DNA from: Botryllus schlosseri
Taxonomy: Eukaryota
Reading direction: 5' to 3'
Assembly (NCBI GenBank): GCA_051294905.1
Contig: CM119373.1
Location: forward strand, 1,924,001 to 1,988,000
Length of the DNA: 64,000 nt
Shown here: in pieces, positions 26,677 to 42,430 of the stretch
Numbering within the stretch: the first letter of the stretch is position 1
How the letters are laid out: each line of letters opens with the position of its first letter
The notes under the pieces: generated by a model
The model's database searches: none
What the model was told of the DNA's origin: nothing
The model's input: the letters and a program-made list of their open reading frames with translations, nothing else
Made by a program: the position numbers and the translations under genes

Positions 26677-28294
26677 GTGCGTCATCATGAACAATCCGTA
26701 ATATCCAAGAATAAATATCCATAATATAATAAAATAATATCCATAAATCTAGCCGAAAAGGCCGAAAGAGTGATAAAAATCGTTTTAGGGTTTGTTGGTG
26801 CGGTTCCATTCACCTGTTGTCATGGATTAGAATTTGGGAATTCTAGGAAAATTGTTGGTGGTAGAAATGCGAAAAATAATTTGCAGCTTTGGTATGGCGT
26901 CCCTGATCTACTGTGAGGTAATATGCAGAAACGAGCCGATGTTGCATTTAGGATTTTGGGCCGAAAATTGGGCACACTTTCATACTTTTACGTTGCCTAT
27001 AAATTAGGGTGGATAGAGCTATGTCGATTAATGATCGTCAACTTGGGAGGTCAAGAAATAACAGCATGCAACAAAGTGACTGATAAAAATTGGCCCACAG
27101 CATGATGCACCATTATGCAAAACTTGCCCTCAGTTTTTGAAGACACCCCTTGATTAACTCTACCGGTGAATGCAATCACGGGGGCTGAAAAAGAATTAAT
27201 TTTTGATAGCAATATGTGAAACTATCAACAATAATGACGAAATTAGTGAATCTGAAAGTTTTTCGCACTTCGCGCGATCATAACCGTTCCCGTAACATGA
27301 CCAATTGACCACTCGCGATTTCGGTGCCGGTGCGTGTAGTAAGCGAATATGAACTAATAGATAAGTCTGGAGCTCAACGGAAATAGAGATGGATCTCTTA
27401 ACGTCGGTATTTTGCATCCTGATTGTTCATCGCGACTATGCCATGGAATGTGGCCGCAGGCTACATGATTAATCGTAATGCAGCCGTGAATAGGAGAAGG
27501 GTTTGCAACCACTGATTCACCCCTTGGAAATGAATTCCAGCTAAGCTTTTCATTCAAGATAGCTTGATTCTCATCCACTCAAAATTCAAATAATTCAATT
27601 TTTTTTCATCCCGGTGTTGAAGCATTTACAATTTGCCAGCGACGTCTAAACTAGTCGACAATATGCAACAGTATTTTAATAATCTGGAATATGTAGGCTA
27701 TTGTGCTGCATCCGGAAAATTTCGCGAGCCTTATCTTTCATTACGTGTCGCTATATATCTGGCCGCAAAACCATGTATTCCATGAAGCTCATTGTAAAAT
27801 GACAGCATGTAACGAAGTTTATTTAAGCGCTGTTAACGAAACGACCGGTGGACGGTCATATTGTCAGTATATATTATAGGATAATAGCCCACGTTAGAAA
27901 TCTAACCACCAACGCCGACTGAGTAACGAAAATCAATTTAGTGTTTGATGTTTGACTCAAATGCACTCGGGGGCCAATTTCCAAATTTTTGACTACCCTG
28001 CGGAACACGACGTCAATATGGGTATTCAATGTATGTTCAAGTATGTCGTATTTGACGAGGTGAAATTGTACTATTGGCCGGAATAGCAGATTGAGATTCC
28101 GAAAATATAGTGAACTTATGATTTACTACTTATTTTACCAATTTACGCGTGGCACCAATGAAAACCACATACACAAATATTTGACTAAAATTGTCATTGT
28201 ACTAGGCAGGGAGTACGCATCATTTGTCGCAATTATGAGAAATAGGCACCATAGCCGAATCTAGGTTTGGGGTACCATATTGATAAGTATAGGC

Positions 28295-29798
28295 CAGGGG
28301 TAGGCAAACCCCGGCATTCGTGCCATTTGTGCCACGCGAAATGATTTTTCATGGCATGCCAAATGATTTCACGCAAACGACATATTCATACCATGTTTTT
28401 GCAAAAAGTGAAACAGAAGTTTTCAAAACGTGAAATGCTCGTAGGCAATCCAAAATTATTATTATTATTTCACATTTTACAGTGGTGCTTCTCGCCTTTT
28501 TCCGGCTATGTGCACCACGACAGGAATATTTGTAATGTTAATAAGTCTTTGTCTTTGTGTTAATCTTGGGGACGGCTTCTTCATTCTTCCGCACATCCAG
28601 ACGTCAGTCTTTCTCGCACCCATGCGTCCCCGTCGAGGTCTTTGCTGCCGACTTCTAGGACGGCTCACTTTCAATCTGGGCTTTTCAATGCACTGCAACT
28701 GCAGTGAGGTCGGCAATGGGTAGCCCAGAGAAACCTCCGACACATAGAGCCTGATGTGTTAATTATGTTATGGGAACCCCCAATAAATAGATAAATATAT
28801 ATGCATTTATAAAATGTTTTAAAAATCTATGCATAGTGTACAGAAATGAGTCAACCGTATTAGCAGTTGTGAAAGAACGTCAACCGAATATCGTTTGAAA
28901 ACGTTTGGATGCTTTAGTCTCGGAGTGTTATTCACTTTGTAGCCTGTGGGATTGCAACTTCTGAACCGGCATTACGACGCTGGGCATCTTCACGCTATAG
29001 AATACACGATCTAGATATAGAGTTTCGGACAACATCCGACCATGCGACTAACAGGCGGTCTATGCGTTGCCAAAATGATTGGCGGCGATAAAACCTTGAA
29101 ACAAAATAGCCGCTGCATCATGGACAAAACGTTAGACATTGATATGTCCACTGGCAAGGCGCCGGAGTGACCTGCGCCGAATTGCCAGCGCCCGCAGCTT
29201 GAGCCGCACGGAAGATAATGAGCCCCGTGTCGAAATGCGAATCGTGTTCGTCTCTCGGAAGTAGAGTCTGGTGTGCACGCGATTCCATATCTTGAGCAAC
29301 GACAATCTTTACCGTTCGACTGCGACCTTTGCCGACAAATCTAGTGTCAGACCGAACTTAATGTGACACCAAACCGATTTGAATGAGACTGTGGGGAGGG
29401 GGGAAACACTTTTCATCATCATCAGACCATATCATCGTAGCTACACTGATTGACCCGCCACTTACTGGATATGGTAACAAACATAGTGGACTTGGAAACG
29501 ATCCAATCAACCGCAGAAGATCGATCATTGCCCAATGGCGCGACAGAAAATAAATTATGTAAATGTCGCGCAGGCCTACATATAAGCGATAGGTCGGGTG
29601 CGGTAGTGTCCAAAATTCAATCCCTTCAAGACCAATCAAGAATTGCCGGCGTGACGAATGGCGTTGCCAGGTTGGTGGTATTCCTTGCTGCTTGAAACGT
29701 TAAATAATAATAAATTCAATGTTTGGCACGGAAACTAGTAAAAAATTGACATTTTTTGACATTTTGGCACGCTGCACATAAAAGGTTGCCGGCACCTG
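28295..29798. mobile_element. hAT-type non-autonomous element, copy in unit B
   Basis: Ends CAGGGGTAGGCAAAC / GGTTGCCGGCACCTG; perfect TSD GTATAGGC; empty site at 48928-48935. Confidence 0.88.
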
Positions 29799-32527
29799 GT
29801 ATAGGCTATTGATCTTGTCATTGCCCAAGTCAAAATAAAACAGCGTTGGATTTCACTTTACTGGTGTCACAGCGGTGGAGCGTGCCGCTGCGGTATTTGC
29901 CATCTTTAATCGGCCATAAAGCTATGGATTAAGGGATCAAAGATGCAACTGAGTGCACATTAAGGGGGCAACAGAATGCTAAATGTTGATATAACAACTT
30001 ACGTCGATAGCGAAATACCATGTCACGAGCTTATCATCTAATACGATCCCCTGGTCACGCGAAAAATAATTTTTGCGTCCAGGTTATAAACATGTCACGA
30101 CACTCCGAGTTACTCGGAGTCGACTCGAGTCATTTTCACTTTTTATCACCGAGTCATTCTGACTAATTCAGCGAAAGGTCGCCTCCAACTCCAAGTCACA
30201 TTTTTCAGTCTCGAATCATATACGGTTCATGTTTTATCATCAAGATTAGAATATTCTATGTAATAGCAGATCTTCCACCGCATAGTAGCGTTTGAAAGTG
30301 ATGCCATGTAGCGAACTTTAATCAGTAGTTGTATGTTTTTTTGGCAAATTTAAAGGAAATGATAACTTTTCAAATCTGACAAAAAGAAACGTTGCACTGA
30401 GCTGCTTCCAAGTATCGCCTCCTTGGAAATCCAAAATTTTGACGTGGCCGAGCAAAATGTCCTTGTGGGTCGCGTGTTCGGGACCCAGGCTTAGATCATA
30501 CGGGTTACCACTATCAAAACTACTGCTGGTGTAAATAGAGAAAATAATGCCTAGCTTTGGCATGACGTTACTGGATTATTGCAAATTAATCGTCAAATAT
30601 GCGGCAATACAAAATTGACGATTTTGGACCGAAAAGTTAGCATTTCACCACACGCATGTCCGTTCTCTAAGGTTGCTTGTAAAATGCAAATTAAGACGGA
30701 CGGAGCTATGTCGAACAATAGCAGAGAAATCTAGCGTACCGCCGTACATGCAGTGTGACATAATGCTTATTCTTTATGCGGAATGCGGTCCCTAAATGTC
30801 GCTAAAAAGTCGCTGGTAATAACAACATGTCAATGCCTACGCGCGAATTTGCGTGCTTTTTGTGCTACCAAGAAACATCATGTCGATCCAAAAAAACTCC
30901 TAAAACCGAACTAATCTCCGTGCTAATATATTTTCATCATTTCTGGCCTTCAATATTATTCACGACACATCGCACCGTAGATATCTTGAAGATTGCGTTC
31001 TGCAACGAACTATAGCACTGGTCAACAAAATGAAAAATAAAAAAAAATTGGCAGAACATCTAGGAACTGCTATAGGGTTTTCAAGGTTGCTGATGACGAA
31101 TAGTACATTTGTTTTGCCAGATTGACTTGCCCACTAGACTTGAGTCTTTTCTCTGGGTCATTTGCTGTCATCATTCAAGAGTTCGGCTCTCTCTTTGTCT
31201 GAGCTTTTCAATGCACTGTATTTATAGCGGGATCGGAGATGAGGAGCCCAGATAAACCTCCGACACATAGAAACATGGCAGAGCCGAGACTCGACCCACC
31301 GTGACAGCAGTGTTTAACCAACTGCGCCACTCGCTTCCCCGTGACATAAATATATCCTTATTCTTATGACGCGGTCACATGTTAACGTATAGCTTATACA
31401 GACGTGGTGGTGTACTAGCGTTACAGCTATAGGGATCGCTCGCATGATTATAACGATAATGAAGACGTCATAGTTCAGTCGTAACAAATGATCGATCGTG
31501 TTCTCTATTCTAACTCTAATCTTTTTAATGCTGTCTGTTGATTCGTGCGTAACCTGAATAATTCCGACTTTCAGCAGCATCGGATTATTCGCACGTTTCC
31601 ATACCGCTGCTTCACACCTACAGAATAGTCTGCCGATCACTGTCGCAACAAGAACCACAATTATACTCATTTATACGTTCATTGTATTTATTACTCTGAA
31701 ATCAAACTCTTAACAAAAACACGTACAATCGTTTCATTAATTTTTTTATCGTCACCAAAATAATTCAGTTATTCCTTGGTTGAAAAATTTTGAGCTCGTT
31801 TCGTCAAGAATGTTATAGTATGATCTTCGAACACATCTGATGTTTTACTCTGTAACTGTTTCCCAGTCACGGAGAATTCATCCGGTTCCATGAATTCGAT
31901 TATCCGAGGTTTTAGTGGTCCGAAACCTAGTGAAACATGAAAATGAGTCTGGCGCCCCCTATTTTAAGGACTGTAGTGTAAAAACCAATGGGTAAGTGGT
32001 CGAAGTCCGCTTTCCGGTTAGGAATTCACTATTAGACCTCTCGAATAATTAACGATATAATTTTTCATGCTGTTTTCGAGATCTAATCCAGGTTGTTATA
32101 ACAACCATCGGGTAAGGGCTACGGGCTCATGGCATTTGGTTCGAGATCGATGGACACATCTCGAATTCTCCTCTGCGATTGGCAATACGGTGAATAAAAT
32201 TGTATTGGTTTCGTTTTATTGCTTTGTCTGACCCCTTAATCAAATGAGAATGTGGTAGAGATTTGCTCACATTACATTTAGTGCTGCTCTTAGTTTCAAC
32301 ATGAATGCGGGTAACAACACTCAGCAGTATCACCCTTTATGATACGATGAAGAAATATTCTGACGACATAATTTTGTAGCTCTCAAATACAAGCATATTT
32401 AATTACTCGTTTTTACCAAAAAGCTGCAAAACACCTTTATTGTACAAAGGACATCACTCTCGAAAGTTGTTCAGTAGCCTTTAGCGCCTTTACGATTTAG
32501 GCACGCAGTGCGCTTCAGGATAAAATA

Positions 32528-33488
32528 GGGGAGATGTGGTACCCATGGATCACTGGGACCGAAAATACTTTAAAAATTCTCCATGATAATTCCATGATTA
32601 AACTCCGTGAACTTGTCTACAATTGCATGCTGGCCAAATCTTTCCTCACATGCAAAAAATTTCGACGTGCGCTAGCTATGAGGTCTTTGACAGATGTTTT
32701 CTGTTTATGGGGGTGTAAACTAAATTTAGATCGACACATACATTTTTCTTTATAACCTTGAACACGGACAAACCGGCAATCATTTTTAATGTGAAGTGTA
32801 GGGCTTGTATCAGGCTATATAATGACACCTATTATTTTTTCAATACCTACCTTGAGTGGAATTTTTTCCGATTCATGTATAAAATTCATAAGGTGGGGAC
32901 CGATGATACATTAGCCAAATCAAGCAAAATAATCAAGCATACTAATCATGCAACAACTAAAACATGCCTACGTACAGAAACACTTCATGTAAAACTTGCA
33001 TATGATGTTTTATCGCTATAACTAGGTATTTGGAAGTCACACTGTCGATTTTCGGACAATATGTATGTACCCTCAAATTTAAAAGTTCGAGCCTAAATCG
33101 AAACGTGATTTTATGGCAACATTTGAGTTGATTTTTATTTAATTTTTGGACGGTTGCAACCAAACATTCTTCTTTGGCTTGCTGTAGCTTAGATTATAAT
33201 ACTGAGCAAGAAAAGTTGTCACATTTGAGTTTTCGAGAGGATATGTCTCATAGGTCCCCAGGTCGTGTGTCATTGGACCCACCGGGTGGGGACCGATGAC
33301 ACGTTCAAGCTACAAATTTTGAACGTCAATAAATATTTTTTGAAAAGACGGATATTCATGTATATGTGCGCGAAAGGTAGAGCTTGTATCAAAGTTCTGT
33401 GCCAAAAAAAGATCTGCTGTTTTCGGCTGGACATTTTGGGGCCAGCGATAATTTTCCAATTTTTGATCCATCGGTACCACATCTCCCC
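32528..33488. mobile_element. TA-TSD MITE (Tc1/mariner-superfamily-like), unit B only
   Basis: ~25-bp TIR GGGGAGATGTGGTACC(C/G)ATGGATCA with TA on both sides; empty site ataaaatA(t/c)ctagt near 23520 and 44390. Confidence 0.85.
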
Positions 33489-36400
33489 TACCTAGTTAAA
33501 AATATTTTATGGAAAACAACCCGAGCTATCAGTATAAGTATCAGTTTATTATTATTTTCATAATTTCAAAACACCACGAAACTGTGATAAAATGAGGGGA
33601 TAGGAAGATGTCAAAACGACTTGGAGTAGCTAGCGTGAAAGGAGTGTTATAACGGGGAATTAGCAATCCAAAAGTACGCCAAATTCATTTTACATGATTT
33701 AAAATTAATCACTGCATTCATGAAAACAGGGGTCGGTTGATATTTCGCGATGAGCGCAACGAAAAACGTTGTGAATTAGCAGATTTTGTCGAATGTTAGT
33801 TTGCAATGAGAAGTCAGCAATAATCATATGTCCATACTACACCATATGCTGCGAGACAATTTTCTTCAGCGGCCCAACCGCCACCAGAGCCCAATGCTCC
33901 CTATTTCGTCCCCTGAGCGTTTCCGCCCCTTCAAAATTCAAGCCGCCCCCTGGTAGGCGCTGGAGACAAGGTAAAGAACCACTGATCTAAATAATCACGA
34001 ACTATATTAGTAAAATTACGTCTCCTCCAGCTTCATAAACTGCTCATCTTCGACAGAACAATGCTCCCAGGCGCATAGAAGAGTAGCGTACGGCCAGTGT
34101 TGCTGAATACAAATTCTGTAGGCGGAATTGGACTCTGAGCTGTCGTAGGAATTCGTCAGAAACAACATATACAAATGCGCGTGGTCTTATTCGTGTAGTT
34201 TTTGCGCTATCACGAAGCAACTAACGATCCAGATTAAACATTTAAATTCTAACCTTATCCAAGTCTATATCATGGTCTCATGCTCAGTCTTCTAGAATGA
34301 TAGATACTTTTGTGCTCAGCGCTTCTTTGGAAATTGTATCAATCATCACACCCATCTCTGATCTGAACATATAAAGTGTCATTACCATGTTTTCATCTGA
34401 TATCAAACTAATCTAATTTGTGAATTGTTCTTATGATCTAATTTTACTTCTAATCTAATTTATAAAATGTTTCTATGCTCCAATTTCAATTCCAATCTAA
34501 TTTATGAATTGTACTTATTCTCTAATTCTTATTCTTATCTAATTTGTGAAATGTTCCTATACTTTAATTTTAATTCTAACCTAATTTATTGTTTTTCTGA
34601 AAATGCCTATTAGACCGCGGCATTTTGCAGCGAGTCCCTACGAACAGGGAAATTCAGAGCCAAGCCGCCATCGCATTACTTACACCGTACATAATTAGTA
34701 GTTGTTGTGCGACGAATAATAGCCTACCGGCATGGTAGATTGTTCGTTTGTATTCTGGAACAATTGTGACGCTTATCGTCCAATCATGTTATTTGCGCCA
34801 TGATAATGAATGTTGCAATGTTCATCGATCTTTGCCTTTGGAACTCTTTTCGGACTACTTCCTATCACGCGTCCATTCATCATCGATATCTATCTCGTTT
34901 GCATGCGTCCTCTTCAGTGTCTTTTGCTGACGATTTTAGAAGCTCGACTTCAATAGATCAATTTGGGGTTTTCTTACGGTACTGCATACGCAGTGAGGTC
35001 AAATACAAATGAATCGATATTGGGGCTGGATAGACATGTAGCTAGGTGAAAGACTATCTCATCCTAAAGATTGATTGTGGGGAAGCTCAGGCCCATTTTC
35101 TAAGCGTCTCGGTCTTGGGCTTGGCGGTGTCGGGTCCATTGTACGTCATGGCAATATGCCTATTCATACTAGCTGACTCGCCATCGATGCAATGCTGTTG
35201 CCATCGTTGAAGCCATTTCCGCTATCGCGAGGAATAGTGTTGTTGAGCACAGACGAATAGGTTTATTTAAAATAACAACAATATTAATTTGAAAGTGAAA
35301 TCATTTTCCGCATTTAAAAATGCTTTATTCGCCTTTATTCAAATTCACAGATCAGATTGCCTGCCTCAAAATACAGATTCGCGGGCCGCGTGTTGATGAC
35401 CTCTGATATAGTGCAAAACGAGCAAAGCTTGATATACAGACGTTAACCAGTCTCTTTGTTATGAGACTCCATTGTGATTTGATATGTACTTAAATTTTGC
35501 TGCATTTATTTCTCATTCAGAATTCCATTCAATTTCCAAGTTTTTCCGAATTCAGTAGCCAAAGTCTAATTGTAATTATAATCTAATTTGGAAATAACTG
35601 TGTTAATCTAATTCTAATTCTAATCTAATTTGGAAAAATCGTATAGCTCTAATAATAATTATAATCTAATTCGGAAAAGCTAAAAATTTTCTAGTTGTCC
35701 TAGTCTGTCGCGTAAGTGGCGTCTTATAAAAGCCTATGAGTGGACCGTGCTGCAGGTCAGCAGCTACGAAATTTAGATGAAGCACATTGTCCTGGTGTAA
35801 ATGACCATAGTAGTCGACAAACCCCATGAATACCTCAAACCAAACAAACAAGCGACTAAAAAGGGAGCATAAAAATACGCCAACTTATATCGCCGTTAGT
35901 GCCACTGATTTAGCGCTCCATAACTCTACTCAACAGACAAATCATCGCATTTTTGCCAATTCCATTGTTCGGGAATAAAGTCGTTGCTAGAATATAAACA
36001 CCATGATCCGTGATATGATTTAATGCACTATTAAGTATATATGATCGATACTAGAATATTCACGTGAAAAATAAGGACATGTGGAAAAATTTTGAACCGA
36101 GTTGACTGATGGTCCGGCTCGTGACAGATTTGAAGGTTTAAATCCGACCCGCGTCGCCATTTGAGTTTGACAACCCTGCTCCAAGCTGAATCGCCATAAC
36201 AAGATAGCATAATGGTATGATCCACGGCTGCAACACCAATTGGTTGCGGGTTCGAGTCTGACCCAGGTCCACTCCAGAATTTCCAGCCAAGCGTTACAGA
36301 TTTATCCACGGCTAGGCTCCTCTTCATTCACCAGATCAGCGGTAGCGGTTTCTTAAAAAAGCCTAAAAGTGGACCGTGCTATGAGTGCTCTCAATATTGC

Positions 36401-37227
36401 AGGCCCTGAGAATTTTCTGCACAGCGATCAATGTATATTTTTAAAATTAAATGCCTCTTGGCTTTGCATTCAGGGCAGTTTGTTTTACATGCAATCGAAA
36501 TTTAAATCATTGGTAAAACAGAGTATATATTGCACGACAATAAAAGCTGGTGATTGTGTCTATCATAACATTTGAGATTCTATATAGTTGCTGAGTGACG
36601 TAAAGACCGAGTGTCTCATTTCGATCTCCCAAAAGTGTTTATGAATATTGGCTGAGTGCCGTACAAACCCTAATACTGTCGTTATTGACTGATCACTAGT
36701 AAATTAGTGATCATAAAAACTACATAAAGGTATGCTTTAAAGCTGCCAAACACAGTAGACCTGACGTCTCCGTGGTTTCAATCGGACAGATTTACTTGCC
36801 GATATCCCAATGGCGACAACATTTTGTAAGAGGCAGATATTGCTATCATTCCAGTCAACAGAATTCTACGTCGAAATCGGCCCCACACATTTGTTACGAC
36901 CGACGACCGAGTTTCCAAATAATGTGAGGTAACTAGCTCGTAGGTAATTTTACAAATTTCTATTGTATTTGAGTGTATACGATCAAATGAAATCTAGAAC
37001 ATTCGATCTAATCGATGCGAGGATCAATTCCCGATTCGGAATCGTATCTTCCGAGCCCTCGATGCCGCCCACCCGCAATTGCAATATTATTTTACTTGAA
37101 ATGATGGCGAAGTAATCGTAGCACAGTAATGTGATACTGATAGTCTTTTACAGTTTACTGACATAAAATTCGATTTCATTTTCGAAGCCTAATAAAAGTA
37201 ATGTTATACCATATTTTATCATTTTAG

Positions 37228-37395
37228 TTGCAAAAGCTCGTTATCGTCGACAATTCAATGAATGAAGATGGATATGAAATACTCGTTCACATTATGAAGC
37301 TGTCAGATTGCAAGGAATTGCAACTCCAAGATTGTTGTCTCACCAAGACTAAGTTGCAAGGAGTATTGAACGGATGTCGGGATCAAAATATCCAG
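37228..37395 (+). CDS. NLR gene, duplicated 168-bp LRR exon copy C
   Basis: Same splice sites. Encodes LQKLVIVDNSMNEDGYEILVHIMKLSDCKELQLQDCCLTKTKLQGVLNGCRDQNIQ. Confidence 0.88.
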
Positions 37396-39208
37396 GTGCG
37401 TCATCATGAATAATCCGTAATATCCAAGAAGACATTTCCCCAACGATTCGAAATTGTTCGTTATCCTACTTCGCCTCAAAAACCATTCAGGATAAAATCC
37501 TTCGCCATTTATTCTATCGTTTGCCAATACTCGTCGGAGGTAATTCGACTACCGCAGCGTTTAGTACTTTGCAACACAGAGAACATTGTATATTTTTAAA
37601 ATTGGTAACGATGCGACAGCGTAGATATCATAAATATAGGAATATTCATGACATAAATTTAGCCGAAAAGGCCGAAAGGGTGATAAAATTCGTTTTAGTG
37701 TTTGTTGGTGCGGTTCCATGCACCTGTTGTCATGGATTGGAATTCGTGAATTCTAGAAAAATTGTTGCTGGTAGAAATGCAGCAAATAATTTGCAGGTTT
37801 GGTATGGCTTCTTTGATCTATTGTGAGGTAATATGCAGAAAAGGGCTGATGTTGCATTTAGGATTTTGGGCCGAAAATTATGCACACTTTCATACTTTTA
37901 CGTTGCCTAGAAATTAGGGTGTATAGAGCTATGTCGATTAATAATTGTCAAATTGGGAGGTCAAGAAATAACAGCATGCAACAAAGTCACTGATAGCAAT
38001 TGGCCTACAGCATGATGCACCATTATGCAAAACTTGCCCTCAGTTTTTGAAGACACCCCTTGATCAACTCTACCGGTGAATGCGATCACATGGGCTGAAA
38101 AAGAATTAATGTTTGATAGGAATATGTGAAACTATCAACAATAATGACGAAATTCATTAGTGAATCTGAAAGTTTTTCGCACTTCGCGCGATCATAACCG
38201 TTCCCGTAACATGACCAATTGACCACTCGCGATTTCGGTGCCGGTGCGTGTAGTAAGCGAATATGAACTAATAGATAAGTCTGGAGCTCACCGGAAATGG
38301 AGATGGATCTCTTAACATCGGTATTTGGCATCCTGATAGTTCATCGCGACTATGCCATGGAATGTGGCCGCAGGCTACATGATTAACCGTAATGCAGCCG
38401 TGAATAGGAGAAGGGTTTGCAACCACTGATTCACCCCATGGAAAGGAATTCCAGCTAAGCTTTTCATTCAAGAGAGCTTGATTCTCATGCACTCAAAATT
38501 CAAATCATTCAATTTTTTTTCATCCCGGTGTTGAAGCATTTACAATTTGCCAGCGACGTCTAAACTAGTCGACAATATGCAACAGTATTTTAATAATCTG
38601 GAATATGTAGGCTATTGTGCTGCATCCGGAAAATTTCGCGAGCCTTATCTTTCATTACGTGTCGCTATATATCTGGCCGCAAAACCATGTATTCCATGAA
38701 GCTCATTGTAAAATGACAGCATGTAACGAAGTTTATTTAAGCGCTGTTAACGAAACGACCGGTGGACGGTCATATTATCAGTATATATTATAGGATAATA
38801 GCCCACGTTAGAAATCTAACCACCAACGCCGACTGAGTAACGAAAATCAATTTAGTGTTTGATGTTTGACTCAAATGCACTCGGGGGCCAATTTCCAAAT
38901 TTTTGACTACCCTGCGGAACACGACGTCAATATGGGTATTCAATGTATGTTCAAGTATGTCGTATTTGACGAGGTGAAATTGTACTATTGGCCGGAATAG
39001 CAGATTGAGATTCCGCAAATATAGTGAACTTATGATTTACTACTTATTTTACCAATTTACGCGTGGCACCAATGAAAACCACATTCACAAATATTTGACT
39101 AAAATTGTCGTTCTACTAGGCAGGGAGTACGCATCATTTGTCGCAATTATGAGAAATAGGCACCATGGCCGAATCTAGGTTTGGGGTCCCATATTGATAA
39201 GTGTAGGC

Positions 39209-40764
39209 CCGGGGTAGGCAAACCCCGGCACGCGTGCCATTTGTGCCACGCGAAATGATTTGTCATGGCATGCCAAATGATTTCACGGAAACGACATACT
39301 CATACCATGTTTTTGCAAAAAGTGAAACAGAAGTTTTCAAAACGTGAAATGCTCGTAGGCGATCCAAAATTATTATTATTATTTCACATTTTACAGTGGT
39401 GCTTCTCGCCTTTTTCAGGCTATGTGCACCACGACACGAATATTTGTAATGTTCATAAGTCTTTGTCTTTGTGTTAATCTTGGGGACGACTTCTTCATTC
39501 TTTCGCACATCCAGAGGTCAGTCTCTCTCGCACCAATGCGTCCCCGTCGAGGTCTTTGCTGCCGACTTCTAGGACGGCTCACTTTCAATCTGGGCTTTTC
39601 AATGCACTGCAACTGCAGTGAGATCGGCAATGGATAGCCCAGAGAAACCTCCGACACATAGAGCCTGATGTGTTAATTATGCTGTGGGAACCCCCAATAA
39701 ATAGATAAATATATATGTTGTATTTATAAAATGTTTTAAGAATCTATGCATAGTGTACAAAAATGAGTCAACCGTATTAGCAGTTGTGAAAGAACATCAA
39801 CCGAACATCGTTTGAAAACGTTTGGATTCTTTAGTCGAGGAGTGTTATTCACTGTGTAGCCTGCGGGAGTGCAACTACTGAACCGGCATTACGACGCTGG
39901 GCATCTTCACGCTATAGAATACATGACCTAGATATAGAGTTTCGGACAATATCCGACCATGCGACTAACAGGCGGTCTATGCGTTGCCAAAGTGATTGGC
40001 GGCGATAAAACCTTCAAACAAAATAGCCGCTGCATCATGGACAAAACGTTAGACATTGATATGTCCATTGGCAAGGCGCCGAAGTGACCAGCGCCGAATG
40101 GCCAGCGCCCGCACCTGCAGCTTGAGCCGCACGTATATCAAATGAGATCGGCCAAGGAAAATAATAAGCCCCGTGTCCAAATGCGAATCGTGTTCGTCTT
40201 TCGGGCGTAGAGTCTGGTGTGCACGCGATTCAATATCTTGAGCAACGCCAATCCTTACCGCTTGACTGCGACCTTTGCCGACAAATATAGTGTCAGACCG
40301 ACCTTAATGTGACGCCAAACCGATTTGAATGAGACTGTGGGGAGGGGGGAAACATTTTTCATCATCATCAGACCATATCATCGTAGCTACACTGATTGGC
40401 CCGTCATTTATGATTTATTGGATACGGTAACCAACATAGTGGACTTGGAAACGATCCAATCAACCACACAAGATCGATCATTGCCCAATGGCGCGACTGA
40501 AAATAAATTATGTGAATATCACGTGAGCCTACATATAAGCGATAGGTCGGGTACGGTAGTGTCCAAAATTCAATCCCTTCACGGCCAATCAAGAATTGCT
40601 GGCGTGACGAATGGCGTTGCCAGGCGTAGAAAAACGGTTGGTGGTGTTCCTTGCTGCTTGAAACGTTAAATATTAATACATTAAATGTTTGGCACGCAAG
40701 CTGGTAAAAAATCGACATTTTTTGACATTTTGGCACGCTGCACATAAAAGGTTGCCGGCACCTA
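39209..40764. mobile_element. hAT-type non-autonomous element, copy in unit C
   Basis: Paralogue of 19300-20853; TSD GTGTAGGC / GTATAGGC. Confidence 0.82.
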
Positions 40765-42430
40765 GTATAGGCTATTGGTCATGTCATTGCCCAAGTCAAA
40801 ATAGAACAGCGTTGGATTTTACTTCACTGGTGTCACAGCGGTGGAGCGTGCCATTGCGGCATTCGCCATCTTTAATCGGCCATAAAGCTACGGATGAAGG
40901 GATCAAAGATGCAACTGGCTGCACATTAAGGGGGCAACAGAATGCTAGATGTTGTTATAACAACTTGCGTCGATAGCAAAATACCATGTCACGAGCTTAT
41001 CGTCTATTACGATCCCCTGTTCACGCGAATAATAATTTTTGCCTCCATGGTTATAAACATGTCACGACACTCCGAGTTACTCGGAGTCGACTCGAATCAT
41101 TTTCATCTTGTCACCGAGTCATTCCGATTAATTCAGCGTAAGGTCGCCTCCAACTCCAAGTCACAGATTTCAGTCTCGAATCATATGCGGTTCATGTTTC
41201 ATCATCAAGATTAGGCTATTCTATGTAGGCCTAATAGAAGATCTTCCACCGCATAGTAGCGTTTGAATGTGATGCCATATAGCTAATGTTCTCGTGGATC
41301 GCGTGTTCGAGACCCAGGCTTATATCATTCGGGTTACCGCTATCAAAAATACTGCTGGTGTAAATAGAGAAAACAATGACGTTACTGGATTATTGCAAAT
41401 TAATCGCCTACGAGCAAATTTGCGTGCTTTTTGTGCTATCAAGAAACATCAAGTCGATCCCAAAAAACTCCTAAAACCCAGCCTATACTAACCGAACCCA
41501 AGTCAAACTAATCTCCATGCTAATATGCTTTCATCATTTCTGGCCTTATTCACGACACATCGCAGCGTAGATATCTTGACGATTGCGTTCTGCAACAAAT
41601 TATACCACTGGTCAACAAAATAAAATAAAAATAATTCGGCAGAAAATCTAGGTGCTGTTATAGGGTTTTCAAGGTTGCCGATGACGAATACTACTTTTGT
41701 TTTGCCAGATTGACTTGCCCACCAGACTTGAGTCTTTTTTCCGTGTCATTTGCTGTCATCATTCTGGAGTTCGGCTCTCTCTTCGCCTGAGCTTTTCAAT
41801 ACGCTGTATTTACAGCGGATCGGAGTTGAGGAGCCCAGATAGACCACATATAAACATGGCAGAGCCGATACTTGAACCACCAACCATTGGTGTCGTGACT
41901 GCAGTGTTTAACCAACTGCGCCACTCGCTTCCACGTGACATGAATATATCCTTATTGTTATGACGCGGTCACATGTTAACGTAGCTTATATAGCGTTACA
42001 ACTATAGGGTTCGTTCGCATGATTCTAACAATAATGAAGACGTCATAGTTCAGTCGTAACAATGATACATGGTGTTCTCTATTCTAACTCTAATCCTTTT
42101 AATGCTGTCTGTTGATCCATGCGTAACCTGAATAATTCCGACTTTCAGCTGCATCGTATTATTCGCACGTTTCCATACCGCTGTTTCACACCTACAGAAT
42201 AGTCTGCCGTTCACTGTCGCAACAAGAACCACAATTATACACATTTATACATTCATTGCATTTATTACTCTGAAATAAAACTATTCAGAAAAACACGTAC
42301 AATCGTATCAATAATCACCAGAATAATTCAGGTATTCGTTGGTTGAAAATCCTTGCGCTCTTTTTGTACACTGTAACTGTTTCCCAGTCACGGAAAATTC
42401 ATCCGGTTCCATGAATTCGATTATCTAAGG